From: a virus
Lineage: Duplodnaviria > Caudoviricetes
Length of the DNA: 51,816 bases
Strand: one strand, 5' to 3'
IMG/VR virus record: IMGVR_UViG_3300023179_000152
Location: 1 to 51,816 of that record
The position numbers and the translations under genes were made by a program. The stretch's first letter is position 1; every line of letters starts with the position of its first letter. Below are positions 34,620 to 43,024 of the stretch, one piece after another. The notes below the pieces were generated by a model, which was given only the letters and a program-made list of their open reading frames with translations, had not been told where the DNA came from and searched no databases.

Positions 34620-34775
34620 CTCTAATAACGTGACTACTTTTAGGAGGCTCGCGGGTCACCAAGAAGAAAGTCTAGAGAATACTAGAGATTGCCGTAAAAA
34701 GCAGCCTCTAAGTTCTTCTTGTGATTGCCCTGGCTACGTCGCAAAAAACGTAAATAGGGGGTCACGTTATTAGAG
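34620..34775 (+). ncRNA. putative long structured ncRNA (6S-like or pRNA-like), family unknown
   Basis: 16-bp closing stem CTCTAATAACGTGACT/GGTCACGTTATTAGAG; inner stem CAAGAAGAA/TTCTTCTTG; G-U pairs favour the + strand; GTGTAA upstream at 34590. Confidence 0.72.
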
Positions 34776-34788
34776 GTACTATAAAATT

Positions 34789-35010
34789 ATGAATACTAGA
34801 ATAGAATCAAAATATATAAATTTAGACGGAAAACTTATCAAAGTTGAAGGAAATAGTTTATATTTTGATAATAAAAAAATAGGATTTACATCACCTCCAG
34901 CAACATCAAGTTCTAGCGGAAATCCTGGTGATATAGCATATGATAATCAATATTTTTATATTTGTATAAGCACAAATACTTGGATAAGAACAGCTTTAGC
35001 TTCTTGGTAA
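34789..35010 (+). CDS. small tail/fibre-associated protein
   Basis: PATSSSSGNPGDIAYD..YFYIC..TNTWIRTALASW module. Confidence 0.75.
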   Translation: MNTRIESKYINLDGKLIKVEGNSLYFDNKKIGFTSPPATSSSSGNPGDIAYDNQYFYICISTNTWIRTALASW

Positions 35011-35051
35011 TTTTAAATTAATATATTAAATATTTAGTGTAAATTTATTAA

Positions 35052-36722
35052 ATGCGCACATTTAATGGTTTACAAATTTTTACAGAACAATTAACTAATT
35101 CTGGACAGTTAGATGCTAGATATATAATTAAAAGTCAAGTTTTAGGTCCAGAAGGCCAAGCAGATTTTGGAATTAATTCATATATTAAACCTAACTCAGC
35201 TGGATCAGTAATAGCTGGTGGAGATAGTAACCAAGCATTAAATAGTTTTGGAGGAATTGGTGGTGGGACTTCTAACTCGGTTGGTTATTATGGATTTGTT
35301 GGAGGAGGAACATCTAATAGAGCAACAGGCGATTTTGCTGTAATAGGTGGAGGATGGCGTAATTTTGCAGCACCTGGACCATATATAACTATTGGTGGAG
35401 GATTATTTAATTGTTCAACAGGATATTCTTCAGTTATTGTTGGAGGAGAAAATCATTGTTCAGCTGGTAATCATTCAACTGTAGGTGGTGGAAGATCTAA
35501 TTATGCAAAAGCAAATTGTTCAACTATTGCTGGTGGATGGATGAGTTGTACATTTGGAAATAATTCATTTATTGGTGGTGGATATTGCAACGCAGTACTT
35601 GGAAATCATTCAAATGTTCTTGGTGGACTTTGCAATAAAGCATGTGGAAATTATGCAAGTATTTTGGGTGGACAAAAAAATTACGCAGGACAAACTGGAC
35701 AATGTTTATCTATTGTTGTTGGAGGGTATCAAAATAAGGCATGCTCTGATGGTTCATTTATTGGAGGAGGAAGATATAATTCAACAGAAGGAGAACTCTC
35801 AATTGTTGTAGGTGGAATTAATAATCATGTATATAATGGATACATGTCATTTATTGGTGGAGGAGGATATAATCAAATACGAGGATCATATACAAATATT
35901 GCTGGAGGTTTTGGAAATGTTGCTTGTAAAGCTTATTCAAATATTGGGGGTGGATATTCTAATGATATATCTGCAAATTACTCAAATATAGGTGGAGGTT
36001 GCAAAAATTCTATTGTAGAAGATTATTCATTTATTGGTGGTGGATTTCAAAATTATTCAAGTGGAGGTTATTCAGCTGTAGTTGGAGGTTCATGTAATAA
36101 TGTATCAGCAAATTTTTCAGTTGTAGTTGGAGGATTTCATAATTCTATAGGCGAAGCATATTATTCATCTATTGGTGGAGGATATTATAATTCAGTAACT
36201 AAAAACTATGCAAATATAGCAGGAGGATCAAATAATTCTGCAGCAGGAGAATACTCTACAGTTGGTGGTGGAGTAGCTAATTGCGCTATGGAATATAGTT
36301 CAACTGTTGGGGGTGGAATATGTAATAGTGCAACAGCAAATAACGCAACTATTGGTGGTGGATGCTATAATGTTGCTCAAGGATTAAATTCTGTTATAGC
36401 AGGAGGTGAAAGAAATTGCGCTCTTGCATCATATAGTTATATAATTGGTGGAAGATGTTCAGTTATTTCAATAAGTCATAGTGGATCATCTGTATTAGGT
36501 GATGGTCAAAATCGTGTTCATAATTCTTCTGGTCCTCATACCTTAACATTAGATTTCGTAAGTGGAGTATATATTAAAAATGGAGCAATAATTGCTAATA
36601 CTTCTTATGTTCCAAGTTCTTATAGTTCTTTTGGAGTTAGCGGTCAATTAGCTTTTGATAAAAATTATTTATATAGACACAATGGTACGAACTGGACAAG
36701 AACAGCAATGTCCATTTGGTAA
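35052..36722 (+). CDS. Gly-rich repeat tail fibre/adhesin-like protein
   Basis: About 28 copies of a ~15-aa S.IGGG..N repeat; C-terminal WTRTAMSIW module. Confidence 0.8.
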   Translation: MRTFNGLQIFTEQLTNSGQLDARYIIKSQVLGPEGQADFGINSYIKPNSAGSVIAGGDSNQALNSFGGIGGGTSNSVGYYGFVGGGTSNRATGDFAVIGGGWRNFAAPGPYITIGGGLFNCSTGYSSVIVGGENHCSAGNHSTVGGGRSNYAKANCSTIAGGWMSCTFGNNSFIGGGYCNAVLGNHSNVLGGLCNKACGNYASILGGQKNYAGQTGQCLSIVVGGYQNKACSDGSFIGGGRYNSTEGELSIVVGGINNHVYNGYMSFIGGGGYNQIRGSYTNIAGGFGNVACKAYSNIGGGYSNDISANYSNIGGGCKNSIVEDYSFIGGGFQNYSSGGYSAVVGGSCNNVSANFSVVVGGFHNSIGEAYYSSIGGGYYNSVTKNYANIAGGSNNSAAGEYSTVGGGVANCAMEYSSTVGGGICNSATANNATIGGGCYNVAQGLNSVIAGGERNCALASYSYIIGGRCSVISISHSGSSVLGDGQNRVHNSSGPHTLTLDFVSGVYIKNGAIIANTSYVPSSYSSFGVSGQLAFDKNYLYRHNGTNWTRTAMSIW

Positions 36723-36768
36723 TTTAAATTTAAAATAATAGTGTAATCCTATATAAGGATTAAGGTAA

Positions 36769-38070
36769 ATGGCTAGAAATAGAATAATCTACAATGTAGA
36801 AGGTTTATATGTTGCTCCATATTCTGGCGAGCAAAACATTAATGGTGATTATTATTTAAGTGGTTATAATATTCTTAAAAGATTAGAAAAAATTCAAAAT
36901 TTTAATTATTCTATACAAGAAAACAGAGCAAATGCTCAAGGCTTTGGTCAAAAACAAAATATTTTTCGTGGAATTTCTGGTCCACCAGAAGTAACTTTTA
37001 ATTTTTCATATATTCCAGATGGAGTTACAAATGAGAATAGATTAAATTTTGATGTTGGGACTTTTAATTCCACTAGTCAACCAATAATGTTCTCTGGACT
37101 ATGCTCTAATAATCCAATTTATAATAATAGAAATTTTTATTTAGTAATTAATAAAAATGATGATGATATTTTTGGCAATTACCTGATTACAGATTATTCA
37201 ATTAATCCAACTGGAATCACTGATGTTAGAGATCCAAATAGTAATAATTATGGAGTATTAAATTTTCAAAATGCTTATTTAAATGAATATTCTTTTAATA
37301 TTTCAGTTGGAAATTTACCCATAGTCAATCAAAGTTATGTTGCAGATAATATAGTTTTTTATAGTAGTGGATATGATTTAAATTATTCAATTCTTGATTT
37401 GAAATCTGGAATCAATCAATCTCAAAATACTAAAATAGTAATTCCAAAAGCTTTAAATTTAAATCAAAGTGGAATTAGTGGACAAAATATTCTTTTACCA
37501 ATTGATGCAAATATTAGTTTTTATACAAATAATACTACGGGAGTTTTATTTTATATTGATACAATTCAAAGTCTAGATTATTCCTTGTCTTTTAATAGAA
37601 AAGCTTATAGAGGAATTAATTATAAATTTCCATTATTAAGAAAAATAGAATTTCCAGTTAATGGAAAATTAAATACTAGTTTTATTGTAAAACAAGATTT
37701 AAGTGGTTCATTTTTTGATACTTTAAATACAGATGATGATTATAATGTTGTTATTGATTTTAACAAATGTAGTAATAAAAATGGAGTATATCCAACTAAA
37801 TTAATATTTAGTGGTTGTAAATTTAATAATATAAATTATGATTCTTCTATAGGAAGTAATAAAAAAGTTAATTTAAGTTTCAATTTTGATCTTGATCCAG
37901 ATTTTGGTACAAGAGGATTATTTATTAGTGGAAATGCATTATATGCAGCATCTACAAATAGTCCCTTACTTGGAACAGAATCTTCTACAGATTATGAACT
38001 ATTAGGTACTGAAAATAGTATTGAATATTATTTATCTTGGAGAACAGAAAATATTCCATTACAATATTAA
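36769..38070 (+). CDS. putative tail tube-like structural protein
   Basis: 433 aa, beta-rich, in the structural cluster; function inferred. Confidence 0.55.
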   Translation: MARNRIIYNVEGLYVAPYSGEQNINGDYYLSGYNILKRLEKIQNFNYSIQENRANAQGFGQKQNIFRGISGPPEVTFNFSYIPDGVTNENRLNFDVGTFNSTSQPIMFSGLCSNNPIYNNRNFYLVINKNDDDIFGNYLITDYSINPTGITDVRDPNSNNYGVLNFQNAYLNEYSFNISVGNLPIVNQSYVADNIVFYSSGYDLNYSILDLKSGINQSQNTKIVIPKALNLNQSGISGQNILLPIDANISFYTNNTTGVLFYIDTIQSLDYSLSFNRKAYRGINYKFPLLRKIEFPVNGKLNTSFIVKQDLSGSFFDTLNTDDDYNVVIDFNKCSNKNGVYPTKLIFSGCKFNNINYDSSIGSNKKVNLSFNFDLDPDFGTRGLFISGNALYAASTNSPLLGTESSTDYELLGTENSIEYYLSWRTENIPLQY

Positions 38071-38084
38071 GTGTAAACATATAT

Positions 38085-39146
38085 ATGGCAACTAAAAATG
38101 TAAATAGTTTTTTAACGACAGGATTTATAGATTTAAATTCTACTAGCTCTTTACTCGGAGTAGTTAATAATGAATTAAAAAGAGTAACTAATGCTAATAT
38201 AAGTCTACCAACAATTACAGCAAAAACTGGAAATTTTTCTAATTCAATAATTTCTCCAAATCTAGTTTATAATACTGGAATTCAAAATATTAGTGGAAAT
38301 AAAACATTTTTAGATTCTGGAATCTTTTCTCTTTCTGGCACACTTCCTTTATCTTTACCAAGTAATCCTCTTGCAGTCGTAGGAAGCGGGAATACTTACA
38401 TACAATTTAATATTCAAAATACTGCTACAGGAGTAAACTCTTCAGCAGATTTAGTTATAACAGCAAATAATGGAACAGATGCCACTAACTTTATTAATCT
38501 TGGTATTAATAACGTTGGATATAATGATCCACTTTATAATAATGCAACTGGACTTGATGGATATTTATTTATAGATGGAGGCGATTTGGATATTGGAACC
38601 AGAACTCCTGGAAAAATTATAGAATTTCATGCGGGCGGCACAACAAAAAGTAATGCTATAGCAAGAATAAGTCAATCTGGATTAAATCTTGTAAGTGGTA
38701 ATTTAACAGTAGGCAATACAGGTGTTCTTTTAACTGGACAAAATATTTTTGTATTACAGGGAGGAACAACCCAAACAACTGCAGGGGCGAATGGAGCTTA
38801 TGTTGGATTAGCTGGAGCAAATATTGGATGGAGTAGTACGGCAACTAATAGAAGAATTCCTATTTTAGAAAATTGCGTATGTAAAAAAGCTTCAATAACA
38901 TTTCAACAAGGAACAGGTCAAACTCCTATATCAAATATCACTGGATCAATAATAAATTTAACTAAAAGTTTAACTGGAATAATAAGTACGAGTATGAATA
39001 CAACAAGTGATGATAATTTCTATAGTTTTATTGGTAGTGATTTTAATGTACCATTTACTTCTGGAGATAATGCGGTCGTACTTATACATTCTACATCAAG
39101 TCTTACAAATACTAGATGTTTAGCAAATGTATATTTCTATAATTAA
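38085..39146 (+). CDS. tail fibre-like protein
   Basis: LVYNTG.QNISGNKTF motif; start at 38085, 8 nt after GTGTAA. Confidence 0.7.
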   Translation: MATKNVNSFLTTGFIDLNSTSSLLGVVNNELKRVTNANISLPTITAKTGNFSNSIISPNLVYNTGIQNISGNKTFLDSGIFSLSGTLPLSLPSNPLAVVGSGNTYIQFNIQNTATGVNSSADLVITANNGTDATNFINLGINNVGYNDPLYNNATGLDGYLFIDGGDLDIGTRTPGKIIEFHAGGTTKSNAIARISQSGLNLVSGNLTVGNTGVLLTGQNIFVLQGGTTQTTAGANGAYVGLAGANIGWSSTATNRRIPILENCVCKKASITFQQGTGQTPISNITGSIINLTKSLTGIISTSMNTTSDDNFYSFIGSDFNVPFTSGDNAVVLIHSTSSLTNTRCLANVYFYN

Positions 39147-39193
39147 TATTAGATTTTAAAAATATATATTATTATAATATAGTGTAATATATT

Positions 39194-39478
39194 ATGAAAA
39201 CTATGTTATCTAAAATATTTGGCCCAAATTGGAGATCTAGCTCATCTGGAATAGCCACAGTCGTAGCAGTTTGTACAGCAATAGCAATTCATAGTGATCC
39301 TTCATTAGTAGCATTTCTTCCAGATGGTGTTGAAAATTATGTATTAGGAATTTCAAAATTAGTTGCAGTTGTTAGCGGAATTATTTTTGCATTAACAGTA
39401 AAAGACGCAGCAGTTACTGGTGGAACAGTGGCTCAAACAACTGAAGCAAAAGACAGAACAAATGGAGAAAACATATGA
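39194..39478 (+). CDS. putative holin
   Basis: 94 aa, two TM segments, first gene of the lysis-like cluster. Confidence 0.55.
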   Translation: MKTMLSKIFGPNWRSSSSGIATVVAVCTAIAIHSDPSLVAFLPDGVENYVLGISKLVAVVSGIIFALTVKDAAVTGGTVAQTTEAKDRTNGENI

Positions 39479-39924
39479 ATAAATTACAATTAGTCGCAGT
39501 TGCTCTTTTGAGCGTATTTCTTGGTGCTTGCGCTACAACACAAACTGGAAAAGTTGATGTTGAAACAAGTGTTTCAAATGCTCTTCCTTATGTTAAGCCA
39601 GCGGTAGTACTAGCTTGTACAGTAGTTCTTGATCAAGCCCTTTCTCCTAGTGATCGCGTAGAAAAAGCTAAAATGATTAATCATGTAGCATCTATCGTAG
39701 AAGGACTAACAGTTGGAACTGCACCAACTCCAGATCAATTACAAAAAGCTTTAACTGATTATCTTCCAATAGAAAAAACTCATTGGGTAAATTATGTTAG
39801 TGTTATTAAAGATATTTATGCGCAACAATTTGCAAGATTAGATGGAAATACTGCTCTTGCTATTAAGGTACTTAACGCTATAGCATCTGGATGTAAAGAT
39901 GCTACAGCAAGTTACGTAGAGTAA
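39475..39924 (+). CDS. lipoprotein
   Basis: Lipobox FLGAC. Confidence 0.75.
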   Translation: MNKLQLVAVALLSVFLGACATTQTGKVDVETSVSNALPYVKPAVVLACTVVLDQALSPSDRVEKAKMINHVASIVEGLTVGTAPTPDQLQKALTDYLPIEKTHWVNYVSVIKDIYAQQFARLDGNTALAIKVLNAIASGCKDATASYVE

Positions 39925-39926
39925 TC

Positions 39927-40127
39927 ATGCCAACTGGAATACTTCAAGCATTACTCTCAGCAGTATCTGGAATATTCTCGGCAATCAATAATGTATTCGG
40001 CGCCAAGAATACAAAAGAAATGAAAGAGCGTCAAGAGGCTCAAAAAGAAGTTAATTATCAAAGTGAAATAGAAAAATCTGTTAAGGAGAAAAATCTTGAA
40101 GAAATTCGCAAGCGTATTAGTTCTTAA
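39927..40127 (+). CDS. putative i-spanin-like protein
   Basis: Hydrophobic N-terminus and coiled coil; overlaps the downstream lipoprotein gene. Confidence 0.5.
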   Translation: MPTGILQALLSAVSGIFSAINNVFGAKNTKEMKERQEAQKEVNYQSEIEKSVKEKNLEEIRKRISS

Positions 40128-40512
40128 TTTATTTTTAGTTAGTTGCGCTACTGTGACCCCAAATAAAATAGAAGATGATAAATCTTCATATGATGCAACT
40201 ACTCCTAAACAATATGAAAAAGATAATGGTGGATTAATTTCTTTTATTGGAGATGACGCTTTAATTACAAGTCAAGCAAGAGAACGTTATAATAATTTAA
40301 TATCAATGTATAAAATTAAATTTAAAAAAGAAAAAGCAATAGAATTAAAAGAAGATTCTGGAATCAAACCTTATAAAGATAATTTTAATAATAACCTCTA
40401 TCTTATTGATAGCGAACATCTTGTTTATTTTGGAGTTTTAAATAGTTGGTTGAAAGAGAAAGTCCCTCAAGATAATATTATAGATAAAACCATAGATAAA
40501 ATAAATAATTAA
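40096..40512 (+). CDS. lipoprotein, putative o-spanin-like
   Basis: TTG start after AAGGAG; lipobox LVSC. Confidence 0.6.
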   Translation: MKKFASVLVLNLFLVSCATVTPNKIEDDKSSYDATTPKQYEKDNGGLISFIGDDALITSQARERYNNLISMYKIKFKKEKAIELKEDSGIKPYKDNFNNNLYLIDSEHLVYFGVLNSWLKEKVPQDNIIDKTIDKINN

Positions 40513-40526
40513 AAAATAAAATATCC

Positions 40527-41762
40527 ATGCCTGTATCAACATTTTATTATAGCGATAATCCACCAACCACAAGCAATTCTTCATATATTACAAGATACGA
40601 TTATCTTTACGATAAAAATTTAATAAGTGGTGATATTGGAGATGGAGTCGCAGGTATTCCTGTAGTTGGCGTATATGGTGCTTTTGCTGAGCAAACAGGA
40701 TTAAAAAGTATTACTTTACCAGATACAATATCAACGATACCAAATCGATCATTTTTTAATTGTTATAGTTTGAATAATATAAAATTTCCTAGTTATCTTA
40801 CTATTATTGGGAATGCTGCATTTGCACAATGCTATAGTCTAACTGGAACCTTAACTCTTCCAAATACTGTATATAGTCTTTCTACTTCGGCTTTTACAAA
40901 TTGTACTGGCTTAACTGATTTTATTTTTAGCAATAGTTTAATTAGTATTGGTACTCTTACGCTTCAAAACTGCACTAGTATAAAAAGCGTGACGATTCCA
41001 AGCAGCGTTACCAGTATTGCTGACAATGCATTTCTGACATGTACTAGTTTAACAAATATTATCGTAAGTCCATTAAATAACTATTATTCTAATGATCAAT
41101 TTGGCGTACTTTTTAATAAAAATAAAACTTCTGTTCTTAGGTATCCATATGGTAGATCTGGTTCTTATGATATTCCAAATGGAGTTACAACAATTAATCC
41201 TGTAGCTTTTCATCTATCTTCAAATTTAACTAATGTTACAATTCCTAATAGTGTTACGACTATTGGTGAAAGCGCATTTAATAGTTGTAGTACTTTAACT
41301 AGCGTTATAATTCCAAATACCGTAACAGGTGTTTTAGATTTTGTTTTTTTTAATTGTTCCAATTTAAATAATGTCACGCTTTCTAATAATATAACAAGTA
41401 TTGGTAATAATATGTTTTATGGTTGTTCTAGTTTAAATAGCATCAATATACCAGCTAAAGTAACATTTATTGATGAACAAGCATTTTTAGATTGCATTAA
41501 TTTAACTAGAATTAATTTTTTAGGAAGTCCTCCGACTTTAGGAGTTGATGTTTTTACTAATACTAATCCTAATTTAAAAATTTATAGATATTCAACTAAA
41601 TTTGGTTGGAGTGGCGCTTTTGATGGTAAAGATGTTTTATTAATAGATTCGCCAATTCATAAAGGTTTACAAACTTTTGGATTTGTAAATATTAGTTTAG
41701 GAAAAGGTTCAATTAATAAACAAAATGTTGGTAATGGAAAAATAACTTTAAGGAAAAATTAA
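40527..41762 (+). CDS. BspA-type leucine-rich repeat protein
   Basis: Repeats of IP.SVT.I...AF..C.SL. Confidence 0.88.
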   Translation: MPVSTFYYSDNPPTTSNSSYITRYDYLYDKNLISGDIGDGVAGIPVVGVYGAFAEQTGLKSITLPDTISTIPNRSFFNCYSLNNIKFPSYLTIIGNAAFAQCYSLTGTLTLPNTVYSLSTSAFTNCTGLTDFIFSNSLISIGTLTLQNCTSIKSVTIPSSVTSIADNAFLTCTSLTNIIVSPLNNYYSNDQFGVLFNKNKTSVLRYPYGRSGSYDIPNGVTTINPVAFHLSSNLTNVTIPNSVTTIGESAFNSCSTLTSVIIPNTVTGVLDFVFFNCSNLNNVTLSNNITSIGNNMFYGCSSLNSINIPAKVTFIDEQAFLDCINLTRINFLGSPPTLGVDVFTNTNPNLKIYRYSTKFGWSGAFDGKDVLLIDSPIHKGLQTFGFVNISLGKGSINKQNVGNGKITLRKN

Positions 41763-41768
41763 TAAATT

Positions 41769-42464
41769 ATGTTAAACAAAAAATCATTAGATCTCATCTT
41801 AGAATTTGAAGTTGGTGGTGGAGAAAATTATTATAATAAATTTTTAAAAAATCCAACTTGGCCAGGAGAGCAAAGTGGAGTTACAATCGGTGTTGGTTAC
41901 GATTTGGGATATGTTAATAAAGCAGAATTCACTAATGATTGGAAAGGCCTAAATCAAAAAGATTTTGATAGATTATATAAAGTTGTTGGAATAAAAGGTA
42001 TCGCCGCAAAAGATCTCGTTAGAGGATTAAAAGATATAACTATTCCATGGGAACTTTCATTACAAGTATTTAATAATAAAACAGTAACAAAATTTTGGAA
42101 TTTAACAAAAGAAACTTTTCCTAATTTTGATAATCTTCCAGAAGATGCTAAAGGCGGATTAGTTAGTCTTGTATTTAATAGAGGAAATGGATTAGAAGGT
42201 GATCGCCGCCGTGAAATGAAATTAATTAGAGATGGTATGAAATTAGTGTCTATTTTTGATCAAAAAGCGTTATCTTTTATAGCTAATCAAATTAGAAATA
42301 TGAAAAGAATATGGATTGGTGGAAGCATAGAAAAAGGCATGAGTCGCAGAAGAGATGCTGAAGCCAAAATAATAGAAGAATCACTTATAACGTCACCAAT
42401 TGATAATATTAAAAAATTAGAAGAATCAGATAAAGCTATAAATAAAGCTTTTAAAAATAATTAA
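41769..42464 (+). CDS. endolysin, pesticin-C/lysozyme-like muramidase
   Basis: EFEVGGG...WPGEQSGVTIGVGYDLG...LVSLVFNRG...RRRDAEA. Confidence 0.8.
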   Translation: MLNKKSLDLILEFEVGGGENYYNKFLKNPTWPGEQSGVTIGVGYDLGYVNKAEFTNDWKGLNQKDFDRLYKVVGIKGIAAKDLVRGLKDITIPWELSLQVFNNKTVTKFWNLTKETFPNFDNLPEDAKGGLVSLVFNRGNGLEGDRRREMKLIRDGMKLVSIFDQKALSFIANQIRNMKRIWIGGSIEKGMSRRRDAEAKIIEESLITSPIDNIKKLEESDKAINKAFKNN

Positions 42465-42510
42465 AATTAATTAAAAATATTATCTTTAAGTGTATATTAT
42501 ATATAAGAAT

Positions 42511-43020
42511 ATGAATTACAATTCTGAACAATATGGCTTTGATTTAATTAAAGCTAAAAGAACATATAAACCTAAAAATCGTAAAAAGAATAGTTCAGAA
42601 AAATCTTTAATATTTTCTAAAAAAATTATCGCAGCTTTAGAAGATAAAGTTAAAATTCATAATGAAAAATTTGATAAAAAAGTTAATTTAGTTGAACTTA
42701 AAAAAGCCTATAAATCTGGATTTAATCAATCAAAAGATTTAAATCAAGAAACTCTCGCTCATGTTAATTTATTTTTAAGAATATCTCAAGAAAATACAAA
42801 AAGTATATTTAGCAATTTCAAATCTGGTGGATTTGAAATAATAAATAATCAATTTGTTATTAAAGCTAGCATTTCTCCAGAAGAGATTGACTATACTCAA
42901 GCAAAAGAGGATATTAAAAATTATAACCTAGAAGATTTTGATTTTAAAAGTGATGAAGAATTATATCTAGAAGACGAAGAAGATCGTGTAACTATTTATG
43001 GTTTAAATATTAATATATAA
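42511..43020 (+). CDS. hypothetical protein, head module
   Basis: ATG at 42511; directly upstream of the protease. Confidence 0.65.
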   Translation: MNYNSEQYGFDLIKAKRTYKPKNRKKNSSEKSLIFSKKIIAALEDKVKIHNEKFDKKVNLVELKKAYKSGFNQSKDLNQETLAHVNLFLRISQENTKSIFSNFKSGGFEIINNQFVIKASISPEEIDYTQAKEDIKNYNLEDFDFKSDEELYLEDEEDRVTIYGLNINI

Positions 43021-43024
43021 AAAT

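Noticed and set aside
34600-34773. 57-codon ORF spanning the structured RNA
   Set aside because: Codon use is atypical, the ATG is only 4 nt from GTGTAA (usually 8-10), and extensive pairing explains the sequence better. Dual function is not excluded.
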